In this document: positions 16,206-25,634 of the stretch, piece after piece
Layout: each line of letters begins with the position of its first letter
Numbering within the stretch: the first letter of the stretch is position 1
From: a virus
Taxonomy: Duplodnaviria; Caudoviricetes
Direction: 5' to 3' (one strand)
IMG/VR virus record: IMGVR_UViG_3300033075_001021
DNA: 64,000 nt
Position numbers and translations under genes: made by a program
The notes under the pieces: generated by a model
The model's input: only the letters and a program-made list of their open reading frames with translations
The model's database searches: none
What the model was told of the DNA's origin: nothing

Positions 16206-16541
16206 ATGAATGTACTAGTATTTTTACTTATTTCATATGGTGCCTGTAATAATATGATATTTGGCTCCATATTTGAAGGTTTTAGAAACTTTTTATCTAA
16301 ATTTGGAACTGGTGGTTATAGTCTACATAAACTATTCACATGTTTTATGTGTTTAGGTACGTGGATGGGTTTTGCAATCACCGCTATATTATTGCTTGCT
16401 AAAATCCCCACACCAATTCAAATTTTAAATCCATGGTTATGTATTTTTTTTCATGGACTGTTATCCACAGGTGGTGTATGGTTAATTCATACAATTCAAG
16501 AAGCTTTTGAAAGAGCCTTTAATAATGAAACCCCAGATTAA
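16206..16541 (+). CDS. Small membrane protein, DUF1360-like
   Basis: TM segments and a LFTCFMCLGTWMG motif. Confidence 0.65.
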   Translation: MNVLVFLLISYGACNNMIFGSIFEGFRNFLSKFGTGGYSLHKLFTCFMCLGTWMGFAITAILLLAKIPTPIQILNPWLCIFFHGLLSTGGVWLIHTIQEAFERAFNNETPD

Positions 16542-16554
16542 CTGGGGTTTTTTT
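16528..16554. terminator. Bidirectional terminator between convergent genes
   Basis: AAACCCCAG-ATTAA-CTGGGGTTTTTTT. Confidence 0.7.
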
Positions 16555-17269
16555 ATAGGTCTTTATTTTCAATACATTTCGGACATGCTTCTTCTGGCCC
16601 ACAATCGCAATCACCAGTATCGTCTATTGCATTTTGAATCGTTTTCTTTGGTGGTAATTCGATAGTCTGTGAAATTTTTCTAACCTGACCATTTTTAGAT
16701 TGTGCTTCTTTCATCTTACGATAATTCTCAGCTCTTTGTTCTTCAGCCAAGATTTCGGCTTCATCGTCATCATATTCTGTCATGTCTGGTCTTTGAACCT
16801 CATCAATTTCGATATCAGAAACAACTTGTGTAGGTTGGATTGATGGTCCTGATACAACATTGCTTTCTGGTTCTTCTGTTAAATCAAAGTCTTCTAGCTC
16901 TGGTACCAACTCTTCATCATTAAATGAAAATTTTAAGCGCTTTAGTTTTGCTAATGGGGTCTTTTTAAATAGTTCTTTTAGTTCATTGACTTTTTCTTTT
17001 AAAAGTTCATGTTTCTTTTCTCGTTCAACATTAACTTTAATCACTAAATCAACGTATTCTAAAAGTTCATCTAAACCAATGCCGTCTTTTTCACTAAAGA
17101 GCATGTAATAATTTAATCCCTCATCACCTTTAACCTTTTTTATTGCTTCAGATTCTGGTAATGTCCATCCATCTTTAAATATTACATCAATTACTGGATA
17201 TCCTTCTAAATAACGGATACCAATAACATATGGTTGTAATGCATCTAATGCTTTTTGTAAATTTGCCAT
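16553..17269 (-). CDS. Hypothetical protein with a C-terminal Cys cluster
   Basis: Coiled-coil and acidic regions, then CDCGPEEACPKC. Confidence 0.7.
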   Translation of the reverse strand: MANLQKALDALQPYVIGIRYLEGYPVIDVIFKDGWTLPESEAIKKVKGDEGLNYYMLFSEKDGIGLDELLEYVDLVIKVNVEREKKHELLKEKVNELKELFKKTPLAKLKRLKFSFNDEELVPELEDFDLTEEPESNVVSGPSIQPTQVVSDIEIDEVQRPDMTEYDDDEAEILAEEQRAENYRKMKEAQSKNGQVRKISQTIELPPKKTIQNAIDDTGDCDCGPEEACPKCIENKDL

Positions 17270-17276
17270 TGAAACG

Positions 17277-17489
17277 TTAAATTTTTATTCCTGTGAAGAT
17301 ACTCGCTAACAAATATGCTAACGATATACCCAATAACATTAAAGACTTTGCTGATACCCTATACTTTAGTGGTTGCTCTTGTGTTGACGTAAACCATGTC
17401 TGTAAAAAGTAATATGCGTGTCTTGCTGAATTCAGCAATGACATAAAAAACAAAACCATTAATATTTTATTGATAATGTCAATCCACAT
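17277..17489 (-). CDS. Small two-TM membrane protein
   Basis: Two hydrophobic helices. Confidence 0.6.
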   Translation of the reverse strand: MWIDIINKILMVLFFMSLLNSARHAYYFLQTWFTSTQEQPLKYRVSAKSLMLLGISLAYLLASIFTGIKI

Positions 17490-17491
17490 AC

Positions 17492-17677
17492 TTAGGCTTT
17501 TTTATCTTCAGAATTTTTTTCTGAAATTTGTTTTCTTATTTCTTGTGCAAGGGCTTTGATATCTTGTAAAGATTTTCTTACCCTAACACCAGCAGCTTTA
17601 TTGCTTTTCTCATAAAATTTAGTAACATCTTCTTTCATTGAAGCGACTAATTGTTCTAATTCTGTAAACTTATCCAT
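17492..17677 (-). CDS. Histone H1-like Hc1 family protein (Bacteroidota type)
   Basis: KFYEKSNKAAGVRVRKSLQDIKALAQEIRK signature. Confidence 0.8.
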   Translation of the reverse strand: MDKFTELEQLVASMKEDVTKFYEKSNKAAGVRVRKSLQDIKALAQEIRKQISEKNSEDKKA

Positions 17678-17903
17678 TTTCGTTTTCTTTTTCTTGTGTG
17701 TTATTTGTTTTTGATATTAATGTTTGAAATTTACTTATCATCAACTCATTAATTGCTAATGACCTAAGGGTATCTTTTACCTTATGGACCTTTGTGTCAA
17801 TACCATCAGATGAATTAATGGCTTTTTCTAAGTTTTCTTGAAGCTTTAGATTTTCAAGACTTAGGTCGGTTAATATAATAGTGATTATTCTTTGTGAATC
17901 CAT
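17670..17903 (-). CDS. Hypothetical protein
   Basis: 77-aa ORF overlapping the Hc1 start. Confidence 0.6.
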   Translation of the reverse strand: MDSQRIITIILTDLSLENLKLQENLEKAINSSDGIDTKVHKVKDTLRSLAINELMISKFQTLISKTNNTQEKENENG

Positions 17904-17946
17904 GTGGGTAATTTAATAAAACATTTGAAAAAATCAAGTAAAAGGG

Positions 17947-18447
17947 CTATTTTTGTTCAAAATTTGTCCCAGACTCAAATAATTTATAGACTTCTATTAG
18001 CGTGTCTACGTCAGATTTGCTCTTATTATTGTTGTAATCTAAGATATATTTCCATAATTTTAGGATATTCTCATTGGCCTTTTCGGTTTCTGTTTTTGGT
18101 ACTGTATAAAAGACTTGGAACATGAAATCGAAAAAGTATTTATACAGTTTTTGGCTATCAACATTAATACCTTCCAACTTAAAATTTTCCACATTCTTAT
18201 TCCAGCACCACTTAAAATGATTTTTTTGTTCAGTTTGTGTGGTTATTTCATCACCTAAATAGGTAGCAAAAATAAGGTTTATTAACAATTGTACAAAATC
18301 ACTATACAATTCGCATTTTTCGTACTTTATATTATGCGCCGCATAAAGAACCAAAATACTTTCTTTACTCATTGGCTTATTTAGATAGTTTATAAACCCA
18401 ATTCCTTTGTTATTGCTTATCATGTCACAAATATAATAGTGAAACAA
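17947..18447 (-). CDS. Hypothetical protein
   Basis: ORF ending in TAG; the start is probably 18423. Confidence 0.65.
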   Translation of the reverse strand: MFHYYICDMISNNKGIGFINYLNKPMSKESILVLYAAHNIKYEKCELYSDFVQLLINLIFATYLGDEITTQTEQKNHFKWCWNKNVENFKLEGINVDSQKLYKYFFDFMFQVFYTVPKTETEKANENILKLWKYILDYNNNKSKSDVDTLIEVYKLFESGTNFEQK

Positions 18448-18490
18448 AAAAAATCAATATTGTGATTTATTAATAAATATTAGTAAAATG

Positions 18491-18518
18491 AAAAACCCCA
18501 GATACTCTGGGGGTTTTC
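18491..18518 (-). terminator. Rho-independent terminator
   Basis: AAAACCCCCAGA-GTA-TCTGGGGTTTTT. Confidence 0.7.
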
Positions 18519-18650
18519 TTATCTTCCTTGGCCACGGTAATTTTTTTCACTTTTATCATGTTTGTTAAAAGATTTTTTAGCTTTACCTGTGCTTTTTTTT
18601 CCAAAACTGATTTTGTTTGTGGCTGATGCGCCGCCTTTTGCTTTTGCCAT
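18519..18650 (-). CDS. Small basic protein ending in YRGQGR (43 aa)
   Basis: MAKAKGGASATNKISFGKKSTGKAKKSFNKHDKSEKNYRGQGR*. Fills the gap between 18657 and the terminator. Confidence 0.7.
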   Translation of the reverse strand: MAKAKGGASATNKISFGKKSTGKAKKSFNKHDKSEKNYRGQGR

Positions 18651-18656
18651 AGTGAT

Positions 18657-20663
18657 TTATTTACGTATTTTTTTGAGTTCTTTGGCTATGTCTTTTCTTA
18701 CAGATTCCATTAACTCATCATCCATTGCTGGCATCATCGCAGCTTTTTCTGCTCTGATTTTTTCTAATGCAATTTCAGGGTGTTTTTTAGCTAACTCAAG
18801 ATACTGTGGTGGAACCTCTTCTGCTGATTGGGGTTTACCATCAACACCTCTTACAACCAAATTTGGTTTACCTGTTCGTGCACTAAATAACAATTTCACA
18901 TTGGCTGTTGAAACTGTTTTAACATCAATATCGTCATCAGCTGGTTCAATTGATGCTGCTGGGTCTGGTCTTTCGGCCTTTTTAATATCGGCAGCGCTAA
19001 TCTTTTCAGCTCTGTCTTCAACATCTGGGGCGTCTAAGGTTGTATCTCCTTTTAAGAAGGTGTTATCATCTCCAGCATCATATGCATTATCATTTTCATC
19101 ATCCCCATCAACATCATCCATTGGTGTATCCATTGGCGTATCTGTCATTTCCATATCTGGTCTCATTCTCATTGACTCAAGGTCGTCGCTTAATCCATCC
19201 ATTTCATCATCTTCCCAGATTTCAGATTCAGCTATGCTTTTTTTTTTTACATCTTCCCAGTTACCCTTCTTAGCATCAGTTGACATTTTTGTTTTTTTGT
19301 CTTCAATGTGTTCTGTTGCTTCAGGTGCTGAAGAAGTAGCTTCTTCCCAATTACCAGTTTTTGGTTTTGGTGCTTTTGTTCCTTTTTCTGTTGAAGTTGA
19401 ACCTTCTACATGCTTCTTAGCGTCGCTAGCTTGTGGCATTGATATTTTATCCCAGAAACCTTCTTTTGGTTTTGGTGCCTGTGTTCCCTTTTCTGTTGAA
19501 ACGGAACCTTGGATATGCTTTTTAGCTTCAGGGGCATGTTTAACATCTGCTTCTTCAAATGGTGCTTCTTTCTCAGCATCCTGACCTTCGATGTCTTCCA
19601 TTTCCAATAGCTTTTTTGTTTTTTTGTAAATGTCAGCGAAAGCGTCGTTCTCAGTAATTCTATCCTTACCCTTAACGGTACCTAGGGTTTCTTCAGACTT
19701 ATAACCCATAAGGTGTCTCATCTTTTGAATGTCTTCGTTAACGACTTTTTTATCGGATGCCATAAGAACTACGGCTTTACCCTCGGTTAATGAACCTTCC
19801 CAACGAACTCTATACGATTCGTTTCCGTCGGTCATTTCAAATACCTTACTATCTACTTTGTAAGATTCAGGTATCATTTTAATGGCGTTACCAACACCGT
19901 TAAACTCTTTTTTGAATTTAAGTCTTTTCATAGTTTCCTTTATTTGTGGTTGTTTTTTATTTTGTGTTTCATCAATTGAATTAACGCCATATTCTTGACC
20001 TCGACTATCTTTTTCGTAATCGGCGTCAAGACCTTTCATTGCATCGGCAGCTTTTTCTTTATCGGTTTTTTTTGTGTCGTCCTTTGGTTTTTCGTTAGTC
20101 TTTTTTGATTTATCTTCAGACTCAAAAGCATATGGTTTATGTGATTTATCTTTTGTAACCTCCCAATCATCACCAAACATTTTGGTTGTAGGTGTTTGTT
20201 CGTTTCTTTTCTTTTCGGAATCTTTGATTTTTTTAACCAATTTCTTCCCAAATTCAGGACCTGTAAACCCTTGTTGTTCTGGTACGACATTTGCCCACTC
20301 TGGGTTGTTTCCCATCCTAGAACTACCTTCAATTCCTTCCAATGCCCTATCTTTAAAAAGCTTATCTGGCTCCCTATCATATTTGTTCATTTCCATACCA
20401 TTCATGATTTCCATTTCATCATGATATGTTTTTTCCTCATCGTTGGTATAGTTGAACTTGTTCTGAGCCATTTCTTTGGCGTTGGCGTCAGGCTTGGTTA
20501 GACTTTTTTCGTATTTTTCCATGTCTTTAGCAATAGCGTTAACACCATCCTTATTGGCTGTTTTATTCTTGCCTCTAATTTGGTTACCCAATTTCTCAGC
20601 AGGTGTTGTCGCTTCTGATAAAAACGTTTCCTTTAAATACTGTCTAATTATGTTCTTATCCAT
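18657..20663 (-). CDS. Large charged protein with internal repeats (putative internal head/core protein)
   Basis: 668 aa, K/E/D-rich, with repeated KKH..GS.STEKGT.APKPK.G.W units and many L/I-x-E motifs. Confidence 0.6.
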   Translation of the reverse strand: MDKNIIRQYLKETFLSEATTPAEKLGNQIRGKNKTANKDGVNAIAKDMEKYEKSLTKPDANAKEMAQNKFNYTNDEEKTYHDEMEIMNGMEMNKYDREPDKLFKDRALEGIEGSSRMGNNPEWANVVPEQQGFTGPEFGKKLVKKIKDSEKKRNEQTPTTKMFGDDWEVTKDKSHKPYAFESEDKSKKTNEKPKDDTKKTDKEKAADAMKGLDADYEKDSRGQEYGVNSIDETQNKKQPQIKETMKRLKFKKEFNGVGNAIKMIPESYKVDSKVFEMTDGNESYRVRWEGSLTEGKAVVLMASDKKVVNEDIQKMRHLMGYKSEETLGTVKGKDRITENDAFADIYKKTKKLLEMEDIEGQDAEKEAPFEEADVKHAPEAKKHIQGSVSTEKGTQAPKPKEGFWDKISMPQASDAKKHVEGSTSTEKGTKAPKPKTGNWEEATSSAPEATEHIEDKKTKMSTDAKKGNWEDVKKKSIAESEIWEDDEMDGLSDDLESMRMRPDMEMTDTPMDTPMDDVDGDDENDNAYDAGDDNTFLKGDTTLDAPDVEDRAEKISAADIKKAERPDPAASIEPADDDIDVKTVSTANVKLLFSARTGKPNLVVRGVDGKPQSAEEVPPQYLELAKKHPEIALEKIRAEKAAMMPAMDDELMESVRKDIAKELKKIRK
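19240..19570 (-). repeat. About three degenerate ~35-aa repeats within 18657..20663
   Basis: APEAKKHIQGSVSTEKGTQAPKPKEGFW / ASDAKKHVEGSTSTEKGTKAPKPKTGNW / APEATEHIE...KKGNW. Confidence 0.7.
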
Positions 20664-20687
20664 GTGTGTTATTTTAATATAAATATC

Positions 20688-22256
20688 TTAATTTTTATGT
20701 AAATCCTTATTTATTCGATTTTGAATTAGATTTTTTACCTCTTCTATTGACCTACCAGTTTTGGTTGCAACCTGTTCATAAATACTCTCGTTTTTTGAAA
20801 TGACTGAGTCTTTTGTCTTATAAGTCTTAACAACATTATTCGCAGCGCCTTGGCTACAACCGCCATTCTGGGCCTTCTTATTATTGTTTAACTTAGTACA
20901 TGGGTCAAACTTTACCATTTCACCATTTGGGTACTGTGTCTTCTTGTTACCAGCCCAATTTTTCTCATTCTTAGCCCATATCCTTGGCTGAACATATTGG
21001 CCAGTAGTCGTGGAGCTTGGGTCTCCTGTTGGTGACCCAGCGGCTGTCATTTCCTCAATAACATCTTCTTCAGCTAACTCTTCATCATTTACTATCTCCA
21101 ACTGTTTTGCTGGTGTGTAGTCAGAATTTGCGTTGTCTCTTTTATTCACTGGACCGCCAAATGGTGCGGTGAATGCACCAGAACTAGCTGCTGATGTTGT
21201 TTCCATTAATTTGTCTACAACATCAACAAATTTCTTATCTTTTACGTATGTGTTACGAAGCCATTGTTTAACTTCTTCCGTTAGTTTAATCAAATCAGCA
21301 TGACCTTCAAGATATTCTTTTAATGAATTACCAGTCTTAATGATGGAATTATTTTTATAATTTCTACTAACGTACATTGCTATATCCTCAACATCTAATT
21401 CACATTTAGGATTAGGTAATTCTTCTCTAGGAATTTCACCATAATCAAACATATATGAACCATCGTTACTGTTTAAAAGCGCAATTTCATAATTCATATA
21501 TTCACCCCTAAAAGCATCCGATTTACTTGGAAAATCCGTTTGGCAGTCTTCTTCTTCAAAATAATTACTTTCATTCGTTTCCATGTATGGCATGTCTGGA
21601 CCAGCAGTTTTTGTCGCTGGAGTAAATCTATTCGGGTTAAAACCAGTTGGTTTTTTCTCCCAACCAGAGGCTGGTTTTTGTTGTGCTGCAACCTTAGCAT
21701 CTAAGCCAATAGGTTTACCGCCCCTCTCTTTATGTATAGCAAGAAGTTTTTCTGGGTTTTGTTGTATTGATGCAATAGCTTTGTTAGCAATATTTGGTAT
21801 GTCGGCCAATTTCTCTTCCTTTGACTTATAGGCTTTTCTGAAAATGTTAACAATACGATGTATTCCACCACCAGCTATTCCTAAGATACCAACACTTGTA
21901 AGGTAGGCGGCAATATCGCCCCATGTAATTCCATTCTCTTGAAAAAATGTTGATAAGCCTCTTTGTGATGGATTATTATACACCAAATCCGCAAAATACT
22001 TAATTATTTCAACAGCACCATTAGCGTCTTCACTAAGCTTAAGTTCTTTTTTATTGGTCATTTTAGAATTTGGTATCCCTTTAATTGAATTGGTAATGTT
22101 GAAAGGTTCTTCAGATAGATTTTGAACATCGGCATTTCTAAAATCTGACTTAAATTGTTTGTTAACCCTATTGATACCACCAGAAATGTCTTCTGATTCG
22201 TTCAATCTTGTCTTCAACATGTCAACTTGTTCTTTCGTTAATTTTATCTTTTTCAT
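20688..22256 (-). CDS. Hypothetical virion-associated protein
   Basis: MKKIKLTKEQ..L...LNE N-terminus; ETTSAASSGAFTAPF motif. Confidence 0.6.
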   Translation of the reverse strand: MKKIKLTKEQVDMLKTRLNESEDISGGINRVNKQFKSDFRNADVQNLSEEPFNITNSIKGIPNSKMTNKKELKLSEDANGAVEIIKYFADLVYNNPSQRGLSTFFQENGITWGDIAAYLTSVGILGIAGGGIHRIVNIFRKAYKSKEEKLADIPNIANKAIASIQQNPEKLLAIHKERGGKPIGLDAKVAAQQKPASGWEKKPTGFNPNRFTPATKTAGPDMPYMETNESNYFEEEDCQTDFPSKSDAFRGEYMNYEIALLNSNDGSYMFDYGEIPREELPNPKCELDVEDIAMYVSRNYKNNSIIKTGNSLKEYLEGHADLIKLTEEVKQWLRNTYVKDKKFVDVVDKLMETTSAASSGAFTAPFGGPVNKRDNANSDYTPAKQLEIVNDEELAEEDVIEEMTAAGSPTGDPSSTTTGQYVQPRIWAKNEKNWAGNKKTQYPNGEMVKFDPCTKLNNNKKAQNGGCSQGAANNVVKTYKTKDSVISKNESIYEQVATKTGRSIEEVKNLIQNRINKDLHKN

Positions 22257-22257
22257 A

Positions 22258-22494
22258 TTAATCGCTTTTGTTGGATAAATTGCTTTTCCAGAAACCTCTT
22301 TTGACCCAAAGGGTTTTATATAATTGTGTTAACACGTTTTTTGTGATTTCAACAACCTTATCCTCAAGCTCTTTTTCATTTTTAAGCCTGTCTTTTACAA
22401 TTTTCTCTATTTTTACCTTAAATTCAGTGCTGTCCATATATACCTTAATGGCCTTATCGACATCTGATTTTTTCAATTCTTCATTGATTTTCAT
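22258..22494 (-). CDS. Hypothetical protein
   Basis: 78-aa ORF behind an ATATTTAT motif. Confidence 0.65.
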   Translation of the reverse strand: MKINEELKKSDVDKAIKVYMDSTEFKVKIEKIVKDRLKNEKELEDKVVEITKNVLTQLYKTLWVKRGFWKSNLSNKSD

Positions 22495-22589
22495 AATAAA
22501 CTGATTGGTTGTTAGTAATATATAAATATCCCCTAAAAAACAAAAAAAGAGACGTAATGTCTCCTTTTTAAGTATATTTTCTATTATTT

Positions 22590-23033
22590 TTATCGAATTA
22601 GTAGGTAACCTAAAAATAAAATGACAGCCCCTGCTCCAATTTCGGTTCTAACAACTTTACGTTTGGCTTTTTTTAACTCATTTTGTAGCGGTTTAATCGC
22701 CATTTCAAGGTTTTTCTTTTCTGTGTCTTTAAGCGTAAGCATTGTTTCGTAATTCTTACCCTTTTCATCCCATAAATCAAGTTGAGACTTCTGGTTAAGA
22801 ATAATACTGTCTTTTAAGTCATTATTCTTTTGGGATAAGTTTAAGTTCGATTGCATGACATTCAATTGGTCTTGGCATGAATCCTTTCTTATGATATCTT
22901 TAACAACTTCTCTAGCTACAGCCTTAGGTAATACAACTATACTATCACCTGTTGTAGAATTCTTTGTATTTTTTTGTGAAAAAGCTATCAAGCTGACTAA
23001 CATTATAGTCGTTAATAGAATTAATTTTTTCAT
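22590..23033 (-). CDS. Secreted/membrane coiled-coil protein (spanin-like candidate)
   Basis: N-terminal signal peptide, coiled coil, C-terminal hydrophobic tail; overlaps the upstream gene. Confidence 0.45.
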   Translation of the reverse strand: MKKLILLTTIMLVSLIAFSQKNTKNSTTGDSIVVLPKAVAREVVKDIIRKDSCQDQLNVMQSNLNLSQKNNDLKDSIILNQKSQLDLWDEKGKNYETMLTLKDTEKKNLEMAIKPLQNELKKAKRKVVRTEIGAGAVILFLGYLLIR

Positions 23034-23400
23034 GATAAATTCTTTTTAATCTAAGTAATTCTCTGTTATTTTCTTTAATGAGACTATTGTTTTGGTTAAT
23101 CATATCAAAGAATAATGTTTGTTTCTTTTCAAGTTCATACATTCTTTCTACAATGAATTGATTATCTTGTTTAAGGCTGTCAACCTTTAATTCAATTTTC
23201 TTATTTGATTTTAATGCGTCTTTAACTTCTTGTGGGGTTTTAGTTCCAGTAAAGTAAATCCAAATAAGTAATATTGGGATTATCACTATGATAATGTCAA
23301 TAAGTGTCTTTCTATTTATCATACAAAAGATTTTTGAGATAAGTTTACCAATTTTTGATTCTTTCAAATCTTTAATGAATGATTGGTCTTTTTCGTTCAT
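22945..23400 (-). CDS. Single-TM coiled-coil protein (i-spanin-like candidate)
   Basis: IIIVIIPILLIWIYF TM followed by a coiled coil. Confidence 0.45.
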   Translation of the reverse strand: MNEKDQSFIKDLKESKIGKLISKIFCMINRKTLIDIIIVIIPILLIWIYFTGTKTPQEVKDALKSNKKIELKVDSLKQDNQFIVERMYELEKKQTLFFDMINQNNSLIKENNRELLRLKRIYHEKINSINDYNVSQLDSFFTKKYKEFYNR

Positions 23401-23828
23401 ACTCTTGGTTTATACTCAGTTAATAATTTTTTACCCCACTCTTCTGACCAATTCTTATAGTATCCATCAAGCTTCTGTATTGTGGCTAAAATAGCATCAT
23501 CAATGTAAATTCTTAGTGGATTACCCTGTGGGTCAGTAATTGATATACTAAGATTCATAGCTTTAACATCCATAAAGAAATTAATACCCGAATCCAATCT
23601 ACCGTCAAGTTGGACATTTTTATCGTTAGGATAAATTTTAAACTTTGTAAACTGAACCCTAGCATCTACCGTATCAGCAAATTTTTTTAACTCCTCTTTA
23701 TATGTTGGGTCATTTTGTGACGGTGAGATGACATCATTACCTTCGTTGGATTCGGTTATTAATCCACCCCTGATGATATCCATCATCTTTTTGGTCATGT
23801 CGTGTTCGTTTATCATAGATTTTTTCAT
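23397..23828 (-). CDS. Hypothetical protein
   Basis: 143-aa ORF with ATGA overlaps on both sides. Confidence 0.7.
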   Translation of the reverse strand: MKKSMINEHDMTKKMMDIIRGGLITESNEGNDVISPSQNDPTYKEELKKFADTVDARVQFTKFKIYPNDKNVQLDGRLDSGINFFMDVKAMNLSISITDPQGNPLRIYIDDAILATIQKLDGYYKNWSEEWGKKLLTEYKPRV

Positions 23829-24433
23829 TGTGTTTCTAACTTATATTTAAAGTTTTCGCAGTTCCAAGCTGGACTTAAGTCTGTATAATGTTTTTCAAAA
23901 TTGCTTTTATACAAGACCCCCTCAATACCATCAAGGTTGTCAACTTTAGTGTTATGTGCAATTACTTCCTTTTTAATATAGAAATCGTCACATAATTTAT
24001 TTACCAGTTTCCTTGTTGCTTCAATCTGTGCATCAGAATATGGTGCCCAAAATGTATAGCCTCTCCACTTTCTCTCAATAACATCTTCTGGTCTATTATA
24101 AATATGTCCACACCAATTAAGAAATTGTTTTTTTTCCTCATTTTTAATTAACCAGCCCTCATTTTCAAGCAAAATCTGAATACATTGCTTATCTTGTTCA
24201 AGATTTCCAAACAATTCAGAAAAATATATTGGGTCAAAGTGTTGGTATATGTTTCCAGCTAAATCTATTGTAAATGCGGCTGTTTTCTTGTAAGAACCGT
24301 TTAATCGGTGCCTCCATTTAATGATATGGCCCATTCCGCTTAAGGAAGAATGGGCTATAACTATTTGTTTTTTAATTGTCTGCTCCTTAAAATAGTTCGT
24401 TTCTGGTAGCTCGTATGTCTTATCATCTATCAT
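23825..24433 (-). CDS. N-acetylmuramoyl-L-alanine amidase (Amidase_2) fold protein with degenerate Zn ligands
   Basis: KKQIVIAHS, AAFTIDLAGNIYQHFDP, YSDAQIEATRKLVNKLC, TDLSP. Confidence 0.65.
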   Translation of the reverse strand: MIDDKTYELPETNYFKEQTIKKQIVIAHSSLSGMGHIIKWRHRLNGSYKKTAAFTIDLAGNIYQHFDPIYFSELFGNLEQDKQCIQILLENEGWLIKNEEKKQFLNWCGHIYNRPEDVIERKWRGYTFWAPYSDAQIEATRKLVNKLCDDFYIKKEVIAHNTKVDNLDGIEGVLYKSNFEKHYTDLSPAWNCENFKYKLETQ

Positions 24434-25614
24434 CTCTTAAAGTATACACTACTTTGGTCGTTATTCTTTACGAACTTATTTGAACCAATCCTTTGAATAA
24501 CATTATTAGATGGTTTTGGGATTGGCTGTGAAAAGCCTCTATTGGTCGATTCCTTGATTTCCTTTATATCTTGAAGTTCTACCTTACCTGTTGGGATAAC
24601 GGGCTCTTTTTTGGTCTTAAAAACGATTTCTGGACCTTCTGGGACTGGTTCTACCTCAACAGCGTGGTCTGGTTCCATTTCCTCTACTGGTTCTGGTTCA
24701 ACGGCTTGTTCTGGTTCAACGGCTTGTTCTGGTTCTATTTCCTCTACGGGTTCTGATTTTTTCTTAATTAGATTTTTAAGTGGGTCCAAAAGAGGTGATT
24801 TATTTTTCTTCTCTTCGTCACCATCATGTTCAATTTGAAGCATTTTGTTGGTTGCAATAACAAGCGCAACCGCTAATGGGTCGAATACAAAAATCAACAA
24901 CAAAATAAACCAATTTACGATTTTATCCATTGGTTTACCCGTAAGTTCTGCAAGATATTTTAAAGGGCCTATTTCAGATGCGACAGAATTCCCCGCTTTA
25001 GATTGAATAGCCTTGTTCGCATATGTATTTGATGAATCTGTTGCGATTACATTCTTAACATTCAATGCATCAATTTCAGTGTTTAATTTTTCAATTTCCT
25101 TTGTTGCAGTATTGATGTCATTCCTAATTCTATTTTTCTCACCGTTACTTGTTGCGGCATCCATTCTAGATTCTTGAGTTGTTCTCAAGTTATTTAATTG
25201 AGAAAGACGTGCTGATTTGGTTGTGATGATTGCTTGGTTATCTTGAATATTCTTATCAAACAAAGCCTTTTTACTATTGATAACCGAAAGCTCACCTTCG
25301 CTTATTTCAAGTTTGTGTGCTGTTTTTTGATATGCATTTGATAGGAACCCATAGATACCAGCTGATGTTATACACACAAGGATAAAAACGCCTATTACAA
25401 GGTAAGCCTTTAAACTTTTTGATACTTTTGACCAATATCTTTGTAAAAATGATACGCTTACAATTTTGGCGAACTCCAAACTGGATGCCATTATGATAAC
25501 CGCCATGCTAGCACCAGCAAATAACTGGCTGAGGCCGAATACTGAATAGTATGCGGCACAACCAGCCACTAATGCAGCTGATAAGGCTATTAGAAAACTA
25601 AATCTAAACTTCAT
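24430..25614 (-). CDS. Multi-TM coiled-coil membrane protein
   Basis: Three N-terminal TMs, long coiled coil, EIGPLKYLA, IFVFDPLAV TM, acidic EPEQAV repeats. Confidence 0.7.
   Translation of the reverse strand: MKFRFSFLIALSAALVAGCAAYYSVFGLSQLFAGASMAVIIMASSLEFAKIVSVSFLQRYWSKVSKSLKAYLVIGVFILVCITSAGIYGFLSNAYQKTAHKLEISEGELSVINSKKALFDKNIQDNQAIITTKSARLSQLNNLRTTQESRMDAATSNGEKNRIRNDINTATKEIEKLNTEIDALNVKNVIATDSSNTYANKAIQSKAGNSVASEIGPLKYLAELTGKPMDKIVNWFILLLIFVFDPLAVALVIATNKMLQIEHDGDEEKKNKSPLLDPLKNLIKKKSEPVEEIEPEQAVEPEQAVEPEPVEEMEPDHAVEVEPVPEGPEIVFKTKKEPVIPTGKVELQDIKEIKESTNRGFSQPIPKPSNNVIQRIGSNKFVKNNDQSSVYFKR
24640..24752 (-). repeat. Tandem 18-nt (EPEQAV) repeats in the coding sequence
   Basis: TCTGGTTCAACGGCTTGT twice on the plus strand, plus degenerate copies. 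Confidence 0.75.
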
Positions 25615-25634
25615 AGTATTTTTTACAATAAATA

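Noticed and set aside
18562-19584. 340-aa plus-strand ORF and the many other antisense ORFs in the track
   Set aside because: They are mirror frames of minus-strand genes, with Ser/Phe/Leu-rich composition and no recognisable motifs.
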